Assembly: GCF_046119375.1 (NCBI RefSeq)
Contig: NW_027362771.1
Location: 623,720,001-623,784,000, forward strand
DNA from: Phyllobates terribilis
Lineage: Eukaryota
Length of the DNA stretch: 64,000 nucleotides
Direction: 5' to 3'
Shown here: piece after piece, positions 23,983 to 37,460 of the stretch
How positions within the stretch are numbered: position 1 is the first letter of the stretch
Layout of the letters: each line of letters begins with the position of its first letter
Position numbers and translations under genes: made by a program
Notes under the pieces: generated by a model
What the model was told of the DNA's origin: nothing
The model's input: the letters and a program-made list of their open reading frames with translations, nothing else
The model's database searches: none

Positions 23983-24559
23983 GAGAGACAATTTAAATTA
24001 AAAAGCTTAGAGCTGCCTCCACCACAGGGGGGCTCGCTCGACCCACCAGCGGACAGGCACCAGTATTAGGAGAGGGGGGCTGGCCGTCAGGGTTCACCGC
24101 GGCTCTGGCACAAACCCGGCGACACGGAGGTGGCACGGGCAGGAGCGGACTGGCCGTGTCGGCTTCTCACTTTTTGGATTTTAGAAGGGCATGACATGCC
24201 TATATCTGTGTCTCCCCCTCCTTTTACTCCTCCACCTCTTTTATTTTCGCATGACTATATGTACTTGTCACTTTTCCATGTGTTAGTTATGTCTTCTGAG
24301 CAGTTTGTCAGCTTTTGGACACCTTTGAAGGTGTTTTCTATGTGTTTCTATGTGTTTTTGTTTGCCTGCCATTGGTTTTAACGGTGTTCGAAGGTGTTCG
24401 ACGAACAGTTCGACGAACAGTTCGGCGAACACACGGGTGTTCGACGAACCGAACCGAACTCGAACACTACGGGGGGTGGCTCAACACTAGTTATATATCC
24501 TGGGGTTGTGCTGCTGAGGTATTCTGATGGCCTCATATTCCCTTGTGATTACACCGTTG

Positions 24560-25440
24560 TTATAGAGACTAAGAGGGGGTCTAATTCCCCACATTACACC
24601 ACAATGTGAGTTTTGGAATCCTGTTGCTGACAAGACCATCTATACTATTAAAATGTGTCAGAGGAGGGTGGCAATGACCTGGAGCTGGAGGATGGAGGAA
24701 CATAAAAGAAAATGTACTGATCATTTCGATTAATACACTCCTCAACAATGAAGTTGCAACACAAACAAGGAAAAGTCGTGGAATGATGGAAATCACAGGA
24801 TGGAGACGTTACTGATCTGCAAATGGAGAAAAAAAAGGGAAACAATATTTTCAAAACATCTGGATTTATTCAGTCTGGAGTATGAGCCACTTGCAGAAAT
24901 TTTGGCACTTCCAGCCTTGGCTGCTATCAATGAGGTCATTAATGGTCATCTGTGGAAGGTTCTGCCACTGAATGCACTTGGGCAAATCATCAATATCCTC
25001 TGCTAACAGCTCCTGTGTAATCACCGACCAATGATGTTCAGAAGTTCTCAATGGGAGACAAGTCCGGAAATGCAGCGGCCATGGGAACACGTTTAGTCCA
25101 TGCAGGCTGCTCACAGTATCACAAGCAACATGCGGCCTGAGGTTCTTAAGTGGAAAAACGTCTCATGGGACACTGTGGAGAAATGGCCGTACCACTGGTG
25201 CCATCACCAAATCAATGTAACACTGAGCAGTTAGTGTACCTGAAATGAAGACCAGAGGGGTCCAGCTATCGTAGATTATGGCACATCACAAAATAATCCC
25301 AGGAATAGGACCAATGTGATGTTCCGCCATGAAGGCCTCTTTATGGTGAGAAGTACAGACCGTCTGGTTCTGCACTATGATAGCATTTGAAAACGGTGGT
25401 GTGAGACCAGTGGAGCAACTTCACGAGGGAATGTCACACC
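24560..25440 (-). mobile_element. Highly degenerate Tc1/mariner transposase fragment
   Basis: Minus-strand remnants resembling NLRPHVA..LNVFPWP..PDLSPIEN and YDSWTPLVFISGTL; boundaries approximate. Confidence 0.65.
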
Positions 25441-26443
25441 TCCCACAAAAAATATGAGTATTTAAAAATTAAGCAAAATGTTGTATGTTCCCCAAAATGG
25501 TGTCAATATCAATTACATCTCAACAGGCAGAAAACAAGCCCTCATGTAGTTCCATCAATTGAAAATAATAAAAACATCATGTGTCCCGAAAACGAGCAAA
25601 AGTGTCTTTTTTTCTTCCTAGAATCCTTCGAGAACGACTCTCGGACACTGTAGAGTTGAGATTTTGATTCTGGCTCAGGGTAAGGGCATGTGCATACAAC
25701 GTCTTTTTCAGGTGGATTCTGCCTAAAAAAGTGCTGACTAAACGCTCAAAAAAATGAACACATGCATTTCTACATAAAAAAAAACTCTTTGTCCACATGT
25801 TGAGCCTTTTGAGCAACTTAAAAAACCGCTTCAGGTTTCCAAAGATGACAAATGGTTAAAAGAAGTGAGTGGATAAGTCTTCAGGCATCTTCCACTCTGA
25901 AGACACCCTACAATTTAAAATGGAAGTCAATGGAAAGGCTCAAATGATGTCCATAAGGCACAAACCTCTTTGTGATCATTTTTTCCAGCGTTTCTGCTTG
26001 AAAAACGCTAGTGGTTCCTGCATTGATATATGGAGTTAAAAAATTGACCGAACAACTCCTCTAAAAACATGCCACAAAAATGCTTCAAAAAAGCAAAAAA
26101 AAAAAAAACACGGGCGGTCAAAAAGGTTGAAAAAGAAATCCCAAGAGATATAGAAGGCGGAAATACCAAAAGCCACTGAGATGCTCTGATGGATTTGGCC
26201 AAGGCTGTGATGTGATGTTGGACGCAAGAAACAACAGTTCTTAGAAAGTCTGGCAGATCAAATGATGGAAGAAGGGGCATAACTATAGTATGTACAAGGG
26301 TTGCAAATTTAACCTGGAGGGGGCTAAAAGAACCCCTTGGCCCATATGAAAAGACTATTAGTATTAATGACCTGTGATAGTTTGGGGGGGGGGACCCTGT
26401 TGGAGATTTTGCACCGGGACTATGGGCTTGAAGCTACGCCACT

Positions 26444-26760
26444 GTGCGTATGGTTTCCCACTGGCTATTAACAGTTGATATGAATCTGACAGGGGAATGT
26501 TTATCAGGTTTCTTTTGGGGAGTAGACAACAATGGGTTACGAGATGTAGTTTTGTCATGATCGTAGCCCTTTTTGATGCCTCTATTGCTGTAGCGGCGTG
26601 CATGGAATCCATCTCTGAGGTCCTGAGCCTGAACTTCAAAACCGTTATCTGTTGAATAGATATGTTTCATCCTCAAAAACTGTCCCACTGGGACAGCTCA
26701 AATAATAGAGGACATATGGGCAGATGTGGCTTGTAATAGGGAATTTATTGATGCTTCCTC
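26444..26760 (-). mobile_element. Penelope-like retroelement fragment (region C-terminal to the RT core)
   Basis: SINSLLQATSAH and PSGQFLRMKHI...IRFISTVNSQWETIR resemble the PLE post-RT region from recalled family knowledge. Confidence 0.65.
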
Positions 26761-28740
26761 ACGGTTGCCACACGTATGCCACACAGGTGTACACGGACAT
26801 CTCCGGTACTGTTTTTTCCGGTAGCGGAAATATCAGTTCATATTTTGCTGCCCTGGTTTGACGGTGCAATGTCACATTGGCAGAGCCCTTAAGGTGCCAG
26901 AACAGCATAACCCCCCATAAGAGACCCCATTTTACAAACTACACCTCTCAATGAATTCATCTAGGGGTGCAGTGAGCATGTTGACACCACATGTGCCTCA
27001 CAGAATTTTACACCATTGGGCGGTGAAGAAAGAATAATTCAATTTTTACCACCAAAATTTTGTTTTAGACCCAGATTTTACATTTTACACCAAAATGGCA
27101 CCAAAATTTGTCACACATTTTTGCTGAATGTAGAAATACCCCATATGTTGCTGTACAGTACTGCTCAGCCACACGGTGAGACTCGGGAGGGACAGAGCAT
27201 TATCTGCCTCTTGGAGCGCAGATTTACCTAGGATAGTATCCAGACTCCATATACACAGCTGCTACGTACGGTAATTCAGATGAACTCCCAAGGGATCCAT
27301 TCACTATAATGAAGCAGCAGAGTCAGGCCTCTTTCACACATCAGTGAGTCCGGTACGTGTGGTGACAGTTTCCACACATACCGGAGACACATACACACGC
27401 AGACCCATTCAAATGAATAGGTCAGTGCTCGTCAGTGTGTTTCCACGGACACATGTCCGTGGGCAAAACAAGTTGACATGTCCATTTTTTCACACTGCAC
27501 GGGCTGCAAAACGTGCCACACTGATGACACATGCATGACATCCATGTGTCATCAGTGTGACACGTACTGGCTGAACGCTGCCCTCATCATTGTCCCCTGC
27601 TTGCGCTGCGACCAGTGCAAGCAGGGGACCATGATGAGAGCAGTATTCGCTCACACAGAGGAGCCAGGGAGAATGATTCGGTCCAGTGAGCAAGCCCCGG
27701 AGCTGCACTGAGCTCAGTGAGTGACAGGACACCGCTGGCCCGTTCGCTGGAGCGAGTCATTCTCACCGGCTCCTTGGCATGAGCAGTCAGATGTGTCACA
27801 GCAGGGGACATCTTCAGACAGGTGAGTATAAGGATTTTTTATTTTATTCTTATTTTTACACCAGGACACAGTGGGAGCAGAATACTACTCTCAACATTGT
27901 CCTTTGCTCGCGCTGATTGCAGCCATAGCAGGGGACAATGATTAGAGCAATGTTCAGCACCCGGTGCTTGGGAACGGTGCTAACTGTACAGCTGATTCCC
28001 AGGCACCGGTACGTGTGCTCCTGATGCGGCTCACGGTTGCCACACTTATGCCACACAGGTAGCTGCACATGGATGCGGATATCTCCAGTACTGTTTTTTC
28101 TGGTACCAGAAATATCTGGAGGTGTAAATCTGGCCTTACACTGGACTCCATCTGACCTCTGTGTAGCAGTGTCCTTTTTTTCAGAGGTTCAAAAAACTGG
28201 CCGACAGCACTTTTATGCTTGTCTAAAAAGACAGACACCGTGGGATCACAGGCCAGATGGCATCCATGGTGCTTCCATCTGCCTCATTACATGGAATCTT
28301 CCGCTGGGGAATCACGTATTGCAGAGATTTACACTGAAACCCTGGTGTAAGCGCTCAGCGCAGAGCGCAGGATAAATGTGAGCCAAGACTCACTGCGATC
28401 TTTGGGAGGCAGAACAAACAAATCAGCAGCAGGTGAATAATTGGTTTTATTTATTTTTTACGCCGTTCATCATGCAGGATAAGTGATTAGATAAATTTAT
28501 TACTGGGGTCGGTGCAATCACAGCGATACCAGATTTATATCGGGTTTTTATGTTTTGCAGCTGTCATACACTAAAAATATGTTGTTGTTTTTTTGCAAAG
28601 ACTAGTTTTTGCATCACAATATTTTGAGAGCTATAAATTTTTCCATATTTCGGCTGACAGAATCGTGTAAGGGCTTGTTTTCTGTGGGACAAGTTGACGT
28701 TTTTATTGATAACATTTTCAGGCACGTGACAAGGAATTTG
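26740..28740 (+). repeat. Fragmented copy of an unclassified interspersed repeat also present at 41128-52080
   Basis: 26880-27250 matches 49255-49625, and 28240-28740 matches ~50800-51320 by eye. Confidence 0.7.
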
Positions 28741-29344
28741 GTAAAAGTATGATTTACTTTAAGACAAAAAGACAGAAGTACATTTTTATAAGACTTACTG
28801 TAACTACGATCATCTCAATCTAAAATGACTCAATGATTCCAATTTTCTTTTTGGAAGATATTGCCTAATATCTCCTAACAGGGCATTATTTTTAATATTT
28901 TTATTTTTACTTTGGTTGGATAAGCTGACAAGTCACTTGGGATGTTTAGTTGTATTAACATCATCCTTTCTATTTCCAGCCGGTAACAATAATTATCCTC
29001 TAGTCCCCCAGGACGAATCCATCTTATAAGTATATAAACTCCTATTCCCACTAACCATCTCGCTATCTGTAAGACAGGAGTTGTGTGTGTGTTGTGCACG
29101 TGGAATAGTTTTTCAAATGTGACCGAGACTAAGCTAGACAAGAAGCCTGGGAGTGGCTGTGTTCTAGACCTGTTATAGACTGAAATATCTTTTTTGAGAG
29201 GGATTTGGTTTTGGTGGAATATATGATTTTCGGCCAGTAATAATAATAAAAACCAGTAGGATTATTGACTTTTCCCGGAACTAAAAGGACATTTTGTGAG
29301 TAACCGGACACAGAGAATCTCATTGTTTAAGTGGATCTAAGTTT

Positions 29345-30012
29345 TCCAAAAGAGGAAAAAAGCAAAAGGAAGGGAGGAAAAGGGAAAGGAAAAGAGAAAA
29401 GGAATGAAAAGGGAAGGGAAATAGAAAAGGAAGGAAAAGGTAAGGTAGAATAAGATAAGGGAGATAGAAAAGGGAATAAAGGGAAGATAGGAAAAGGTTA
29501 AGGGTATAGAAAAGGGAGGAAAAAGAGAAGGTAGTCAAAAATAAGGGGTGATAGGAAAGGGAGGAAAGGAGAAGAGAGGGGAATGTAAGGGTGTTTGGGA
29601 AAAGGAAGCGGAAGAAGGAAATAAGCTAAAAGGGCAAAGGGAGTGAGGGAAGGTAGAAGAAGGGCAGAGTAGAATAAAAGGAGAATAGGGGAAAGGAAGT
29701 GAGGGGAAGAGAAAGAGAGAGAAAAGAATTGGGATATAGGAAAGGAAATCAGAGTAAGTGAAAGAAGGGGAAGGAAGCGAAGAGAGTACAAAAGGAAGAG
29801 GACAAGCGTGAAAAGTATAAAGTAAAAAAGGGAAGCGGAATCCTGGGAAGAGAAAGAGAAGAAGGAGTGGAAAGAACAAGAATTAAAAGGTTAAGAGGAG
29901 AGTATTGAAGGGAGGAAAGAGAAAAAAAAGAAAGAGGAAAGAAGTATAAAATAAAGGAGAGGGAAAGAAAGGCAAAGAGAAGATAAAATAAAGAGGGATA
30001 AAGAAGGGGAAT
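29345..30012 (+). repeat. ~670-bp polypurine (GA-rich) low-complexity tract upstream of V2R gene B
   Basis: Almost exclusively A/G on the plus strand; ends ~320 bp before the gene B ATG. Confidence 0.9.
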
Positions 30013-30335
30013 CACAGGAGAATGAGGTCTCTAAACACTTTACTTGAATGTGCCCCATTCTCTCTAAGGTAGGTCTCTAATTATCTATGGAAGACTAAGG
30101 GAAATCCTCTACAGGCTCCTTCCTTGTGAAATAACTGAGGCGTATAATATATGAAGACAACATTCTCTTATTTGAAGATTTTCTACAATTTTAGTAGAGG
30201 ATAGAAGTTACTGTGGCTCTTCGGGTGGTCTTTATCACCTTATCAACTTTCTAGTCTCATATCTCCATGTGAAACCCGACCATGATATATTATCTGACTT
30301 TTAATCTGCTAGATCTGAATGTAACCTTACGGCAT

Positions 30336-30580
30336 ATGCGGTGGCTATATAATATCACATACTTGTTGCTTTGTGAGGTTTGGCTTTTGTATATCTGTGC
30401 TATGCAAGGGTGTGATGGTGTGACGTCCACTGCAGGCTGCCATATACCTGGTGGCAATATCAGTGGGTATCTAAGTCAGTTTGGAGACCTGGTCATAGGA
30501 GGAACTTTCCACATTCATGTGAAAAGGATCTATTCAGAAACTCATTTTACAAGCAAACCAGAAGATCTTAAATGCGAACA
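30336..30580 (+). CDS. V2R gene B, exon 1 (signal peptide and GDLVIGGTF motif)
   Basis: ATG at 30336 (the start choice is inferred); MRWLYNITYLLLCEVWLLYICA..CHIPG..GDLVIGGTFHIH; donor GTAAG at 30581 in a phase compatible with exon 2. Confidence 0.85.
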
Positions 30581-31710
30581 GTAAGTCTATAAAAACTCTA
30601 CAAGGGTTATATGTGTTTTGATTTGGTAATAGGTAGATATCAAGTCCGGCACTGGTGGAGAGGGCTCATCATACCAAATATCCGATACTAGGATGTTGTA
30701 TGATGGCAATTAGTATAGCAAAACCAGGACACAAGGACCAGGTATCGTTATTCAAAGTAGATATATATGGAAAACACAATGGCCTATGCCAATGCTCAGG
30801 ATGTGGACTTTCTATGGGAGAAGAGCAAATTAGGTCTTTGAAGAATGAGGATATATGGACCTCTATACAATATGGGTAATCCATATGTGATCACTTTAGA
30901 TTGTATGCATGAATTCCTTATATAGTAAGTTTCATTGACCAACCACTAATCAGTGAATATCGTGACATGGAAGTAATGTATCACTATTACTGTAAATTGG
31001 ATCTCTCGGTTAACCCTGCACTGCAAACAATGATACTGAAGGCTTAACATTCTTGGAGACCAAGTCATTACTTGCTTTAGACAGAAACCCAAAAATAATA
31101 TTTTTGTGGAAAAGAAACCTTCTTATTTATTCCAGTCCTACTGTTGATAAGGAGCTTACTTGTTACGGTAGCAAAAAGCAAATACCACTTCTGTGCCTTC
31201 TTTTTCTCAGTTCAGAAGTAAGCTAGTGAAAAATAGCCATCACCTTCATTGTTAGAGAAGGAAAATGTTTGTTAATTGAGAAGGTCCTCCTGCTAGAGAA
31301 GGTCTAGAGAGAGTTGCTTAAAGGGATGAATCTAACTAGTTTGGGGTTAAATTAGGTTAATGTTACATTTCCCAAATTTGTACTGGAAAATTGATTTGGC
31401 AGAGCATGCCCAAGCAAGGATTTTCTGATAAACTCCTAATTTGCTGCTCTGGTCACCATATCTAAATGAGTCCCTCAAAACATTACTTATTGTGCCAGTA
31501 ATGGGTGTTCTAGAAAAGAAAGAGGACATCTTACTAGATCTACAAGACTGGAGAGGAAACTTAAAGTATCAACATGCCTCAAGTATGACTTATCCTTGAA
31601 AGAAAAGGACATGGTTGCAATTTATTTCAGAGATGAGTCCAACATGTTCTACTACATAGATACAGATATTTTAAAAAACACTTCAACCATCTATGTTTTT
31701 ACTTTATTAG

Positions 31711-32002
31711 AGTTGAAGTTCAATCTTACCAGATCATGCAGGCCCTAATATTCGCAGTGGAGGAGATCAATACAAATCCAGATATTCTTCCCAATATCAC
31801 TCTGGGATTCCAGATTTATGACACTTGTACTATCTTGAGAAGAGCAGCAGAAGGCACCTTGTGGATGTTATCTGGAGGGGAACCAAGTGTCCCAAATTAT
31901 CGTTGTGGTGAAGAAGGAACACTTGTTGGGATTGTAGGTGATTCTGCGTCTACACGCTCAATCCTCATGGCTCAGATCTTGGGTCTATACAGATATCCGC
32001 AG
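31711..32002 (+). CDS. V2R gene B, exon 2
   Basis: 292 bp; AG/GT; QALIFAVEEINTNPDILPNITLGFQIYDTC. Confidence 0.94.
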
Positions 32003-32431
32003 GTAAGGTGACCATTGTCCCCCTTGTTGGAGGAGCAAATTGTGCAATGGAGTTGTTCTTCTTAATCTAAATAGATCCTTGTCTACATATGCCCTTTACT
32101 CACCACATGTTTATGTACACAACTACAATCTTTACACCTCTGTGTTATTATTTCAGCCCGCTTGAATTGGTTCATTCATACAGCAAGGGCCACATAAAAG
32201 CCCATATGTAGCACAAATCAAGATTTGCCAGGTTGGATTATTCCAGTGCTTGACTGTCAAGATTTGATTAGTTGACATGACCAATGTCACTGCTTACCAT
32301 TTATGTATTCATGGTCAACATGGCCACCATATTGATCCACACAGGACAAAACAAAATCCTGATTGTCCACAGGTATCAGAAGGCTACATTGTATTTCTTA
32401 ATAAAGTTATTCTTCTTTCATTTGTCTACAG

Positions 32432-33253
32432 ATAAGTTATTTTTCCACCAGTCCATTCCTCAGCAATAGGAACTTGTTCCCCTCCTTTTTCCGCACAGTA
32501 CCAAGTGACGCGTTTCAATATCGAGGTCTAGCTGAGCTAATTCTGTACTTTGGTTGGACATGGGTTGGGTTACTGGCTTCCGATAATGATTATGGTCAAC
32601 CTGGCATCCAGGTAGTAAAGCAAAAAATAGTCAAAGCTGGAGCTTGTGTGGCCTTCATTGAGAATATCATGACTGGACAACCCAACAGAGGTGCTCCACG
32701 TATCGTTAATGTTATCAAAGATTCATCAGCCAAGGTGGTGCTAGTTTTGTCTTCAGTTTTTGATTTCTTGCCTGTGGTGGAAGAGCTGGTCAAACAAAAC
32801 ATAACTGGGAAAATTTGGATAGCCAGTGAATCATGGTCAACCTCTCCCCTTCTTAACAAAGAAAAGTTCAAACCAGTCTTGGTGGGTACTATAGGTTTTG
32901 CTATTCATGGGGGACAGATGGCTGGATTTGTAGAGCATCTAAACAACTTACACCCCTCAACATCTCCTAATGATCACTTTTTACTTAAACTTTGGGAGGA
33001 GACATTTTCTTGCAAGTGGACCAACCTCCATACTAGAGCTGATGGCGTGCTCAACCAAACCATCAATGAATGTATTAGGGAAGAAAAATTAGAAAGTGTC
33101 ATGGGTAACGTGGACCTTAGAATAAAATTTAATGTCTACACAGCAGTTTATGCCTTTGCGTGGGCCATACAAAACTTGCTGCAATGTGAACCAGGAAAAG
33201 GACCTTTCCTTAATGGTACTTGTGCCAACATCTCATCCTTACATCCTTGGCAG
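32432..33253 (+). CDS. V2R gene B, exon 3
   Basis: 822 bp, open; CAG/GT boundaries. Confidence 0.95.
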
Positions 33254-34009
33254 GTAAGGAAGTTGCACACTTATATTTGTGAATACTAAAGGCATCTGGG
33301 CTCCAACACGTGAGCAGAGATGAGTTCTCGCAAGGGCGTACTGCGACTACAGAAGGTTGAGAGTTAACACCCAAGCCCTGGTGTCTGAGAAGACCTAAAG
33401 GGCTTTTCATCAATTTAGAAGGCACCAGTAATTTACATGCCACATGGTAGGTAGATGCCCTTACAAACTCCCAATTACAACAAAGATAGCTGTCGTCCAA
33501 ATAATAGTTAGGTTGATCGCTCATATGCCAGCTATCTTGCCCGACTCTCCCAAACACGGGTGCAGTTGATTTGCCAAGTGCTCCTGTGTTCTCTAGGAGG
33601 CACCTCCAGCTCAAGATTCAAAGATCAGCAGTTCAAAATCAGATATTCCGTATGTCTGTCAGGTGGCCCCCATGCACATTAGACTGTCAGCCAAACCCGT
33701 CAATATCTGCAGGTTCAGTTGACATTACTCTAATGTGTACAGGGGTTTTTAGACATTTTGCATTGGAGCCCAGTAGGTTCAAGTTACACCTCCAGGTTAT
33801 GCCATAAGCTTTAAAGACTCCAGTAGAGACTTTTGACTCACAGGGTTGGAAAATAGGTTGCAGATTCCTCTACTTCTGAAGAGAGATAGCAGTAGACATT
33901 TCAGTGAGTTTGTGGTGCTTGAGTGAAGAGATGATGATCTCAGGCTTTAAAAATGTTTGTGACTTAATGGATTAGAAAATAAATTAATGAATCATTTCTA
34001 TTTCTTCAG

Positions 34010-34228
34010 CTCCTTCATTATATTAAGACTGTAGATTTTGAGACTAAAGACAAAGCTCACATATTTTTTAACAATAAAGGGGATCCTCCAGCCCTCTACG
34101 ACATTGTAAATTGGCAGCTAAACTCCACTGGTTCCATGGAGCAGAAGATAGTTGGAAGTTTTGATTCCAGTTCTCCAGAAGGGATTCGAATGAAAATTAA
34201 CAATGCAGATATTATATGGAGATCTGAG
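34010..34228 (+). CDS. V2R gene B, exon 4
   Basis: 219 bp, open by manual translation; LLHYIKTVDFETKDKAHIFFNNKGDPPALYDIVNWQ. Confidence 0.93.
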
Positions 34229-34379
34229 GTAGGACATTATATTCTGCAAGCATTTAATCTCACACATAACTAGTTTTGGGTCAGAGTGTGAGAGATTTGG
34301 TACTTTACTTTCTGGCAAACTGAAATATGAGGTTTTGTTTAGCCAAGTCTTTATACAGTGGGTCATTTTACTTACTATA

Positions 34380-34380
34380 G

Positions 34381-34431
<51 letters not shown>

Positions 34432-37400
34432 GTGCACATGGCACTTTACATGTGAAAAAGGGGTATTCATACAAGAACAATTACAATAATCTTGAACACA
34501 ATGTGATAGCGACTGGTACAGGAGGAGCGAGGACCCTGCCCACGAGGGCTCACAATCTACAAGGGATGGGTGAGGATACAGTAGGTGAGGGTAGAGCTGG
34601 TCGTGCAGCGGTGGTTACTGCAGGTTGTAGGCTTGTCAGAAGAGGTGGGTCTTCAGGCTCCTTTTGAAGGTTTCCACGGTCGACGAGAGTCTGATGTGTT
34701 GGGGTAGAGAGTTCCAGAGTAGGGGGGGAAGCACGGGAGAAATCTTGTATGCGATTGTAGGGGGAGGAGATAAGAGGGGAGTAGAGAAAGAGATCTTGTG
34801 AGGATCGGAGGTTGCGTGCGGGTATCTAATGGGAGACTAGGTCAGAGATATATGGAAGAGATAGGTTGTGAATGGCTTTGTATGTCATGGTTAGGGTTTT
34901 GATCTGGAGTCTCTGAGCGATGGGGAGCCAGTGAAGAGATTGACAGAGAGGAGAGGCCGGGGAATAGCGGGGGGGACAGGTGGATTAGTCGGGCAGCAGA
35001 GTTTAGGATGGATTGGAGGGTTGCGAGAGTGTTGGAAGGGAGGCCACAGAGCAGGAGGTTGCAGTAGTCAAGGCGGGAGATGATGAGGGCGTGCACTAGT
35101 GTTTTTGCAGATTCATGGTTGAGGAATATGCGGATCCGGGAGATATTTTTGAGTTGGAGTCGGCAGGAAGTGGAAAGGGCTTGGATATGTGGTTTGAAGG
35201 AGAGTTCAGAGTCCAGGGTTACCCCAAGGCAGCGAGCTTGAGGGACTGGGGAGAGTGGGCAGCCATTGACATTGATAGATAGGTTAGTTGGGGGGGTTGA
35301 ATGAGATGGCGGAAAGATGATGAATTCTGTTTTGTCCATGTTAAGTTTTAGAAATCTAGCAGAGAAGAAGGATGAAATAGCAGACAGACATTGTGGGATT
35401 TTGATTAGTAAGGATGTGATATTGGGTCCAGAGAGGTAGATCTGTGTATCATCAGCATAGAGGTGACAATGAAAGCCATGAGACTCTATGAGCTGTCCCA
35501 GGCCTAAGGTGTAGAAGGAGAAGAGCAGAGGTCCTAGAACTGAACCTTGGGGGACACCGACAGATAGGGGGCGAGATTAGGAGGTGGTGTGTGAGTGGGA
35601 GACACTGAATGTCCTGTCTGTTAGGTATGAAGATATCCAGGATAGGGCCAAGTCTGTGATGCCAAGAGATGAGAGGGTTTGTAGTAAGAGGGAATGGTCC
35701 ACTGTGTCGAAGGCAGATGACAGGTCTAGGAGGAGGAGGACAGAGTAGTGTCGCTTAGATTTGGCGGTTAGTAGGTCGTTGGTGACTTTAGTCAGTATAG
35801 TTTCAGTAGAATGGTGCAGTCGGAAACCAGATTATAGGCGGTCGAAGAGGGAGCAGGAGGAGAGGTGGGAGGACAACTCAGAATGGACGTGTTGTTCCAG
35901 TAGTTTTGAGGCATAGGGGAGAAGTGATATGGGGCTATAGCTAGACAGAGAGGATGGGTCAAGGGAGGGCTTTTTGAGGATGGGTGTGATTGAGGCATGT
36001 TCGAAGCATGAGGGGAAGGCACCAGTTGTTAGTGACAGGTTGAAGAGGTGGTCTAGGGGTGGGATGAAGACAGTGGTAAGGTTTGGGATGAGGTGGGACG
36101 GGATTGGGTCAAGTTTACAGGTGGTGAGGTGTGATTTGGAGAGTAAAGAGGAAAGTTGATCTTCTGTAATGGTGGAGAAGGTGGTTTTGGAGGAAGAGGG
36201 TTGCGTAGGTGTGGGGAGGGGCTGTGGGGGCTTTAGGCAAAAGCTTTGTCTGATGGTGTCAATCTTCTGCTTGAAGAATGAGGCAAAGTCTTCGGCTGAA
36301 ATAAGAGGAGAGGGAGGAGGCACTGGGGGACGGAGGAGAGAATTGAAGGTGTTGAATAGTTGTTTGGGGTTGTGAGACAGGGAGGATATGAGAGATGCGA
36401 AGAATGTTTGTTTTACTGCAGTGAGTGTGGACTTGAAGGTAGTGAGGGACTGTTTGAAGTGCTCATTGGAGTGGGACCTTTTCCATCTACGCTCAGCAAC
36501 CCTGGAGGCCCCTCGCAGTTCTTTAGTTAGGCTGGTGTGCCAGGGTTGTCTGTTGATTGTGCGAGCCTTGGAATGTGTGAGGGGGACGACCGAATCGAGA
36601 GCTGCAGCTGTTGTGGTGTTGTATAAAGTGGCAGTAACATCTGCATCATGTAAGGAACTAATGTCTGTAAGGGGGAGGAGGGATTCAGAGAGTGAGTGTA
36701 GGTCAAGGTGTTTGAGATTTCTGCGAGGGTGTGCAAGTTTGTGGAGTGGGGATTGTTGCCCTGGAGAGGAGAGGGTAGAGAATGTAAGTAGTTTGTGGTC
36801 AGAGAGAGGGAGAGGTGAGTTAGAGAGGTTAGATAGGGAGCAGAGACGGGTGAAGATTAGGTCCAGTGTGTGGCCGTCTTTGTGGGTGGGTGTGGAAGAC
36901 CACTGGGTAAGACCAAAGGATGAAGTGAGGGATAGAAGCTTAGAGGCAGCTGAGAGGGAAGTGTCAATGGGGATCTAAAAGTCGCCCATGAGGATAGTGG
37001 GGATGTCAACGGAGAGGAAATGAAGTAGCCAAGTGGTGAAGTGGTCAAAGAAAGTGGTGGTTGATCCTGGGGGGCGGTAGATGACAGCCAGTTGGAGGTT
37101 GGAGGGGGAGTAGATGCGCACGCAGTGCACTTCAAAAGAGGGGAGAGTAATTGAGGGCGGCAGTGGGATATGGGTGAAGGAGCAGTTATCTGAGAGGAGG
37201 AATCCTATTCCTCCACCGTGCTTGCCGGTGGGGCAGGGGATATGGGAGAGGTGGAATTCGCCATACGAAAGTGCAGCAGGAGAGGCCGTGTCAGAGGGGG
37301 TAAGCCAGGTTTCAGTGATGCCGAGGAAGGAAAGCTTGTTAGTGATGAAGAGGTCGTGAATGTAGGAAAGTTTGTTGCAGACGGAACAAGCGTTCCATAG

Positions 37401-37460
37401 AGCTCCTGTTAGAGGGACTGGGGAAGCGGGGGATGGGCGGATGGGTATGAGGTTAGAAGG
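34380..37460 (-). mobile_element. L2-clade LINE, near-complete but frameshifted ORF2, in intron 4 of gene B
   Basis: (AAT)n tail at 34380-34429; APE endonuclease remnant (LWNACSVCNKL..GITETWL); PISLLPYASKLLE; [26 protein letters not shown]. Confidence 0.9.

Larger units (their letters stand above)
15300..24489 (+). mobile_element. Full-length hAT DNA transposon with nested insertions
   Basis: TIRs TAGAGATGAGC / GCTCAACACTA; 8-bp TSD GTTATATA at 15292-15299 and 24490-24497; subterminal CGAAC/GTTCG motif clusters at both ends. Confidence 0.92.

Noticed and set aside
29320-30015. Leu/Phe/Ser/Pro-rich minus-strand ORFs resembling membrane proteins
   Set aside because: They are translations of the polypyrimidine strand.
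34380-34429. (ATT)n microsatellite and poly-Tyr ORF 34335-34667
   Set aside because: It is the 3' tail of the L2 element.
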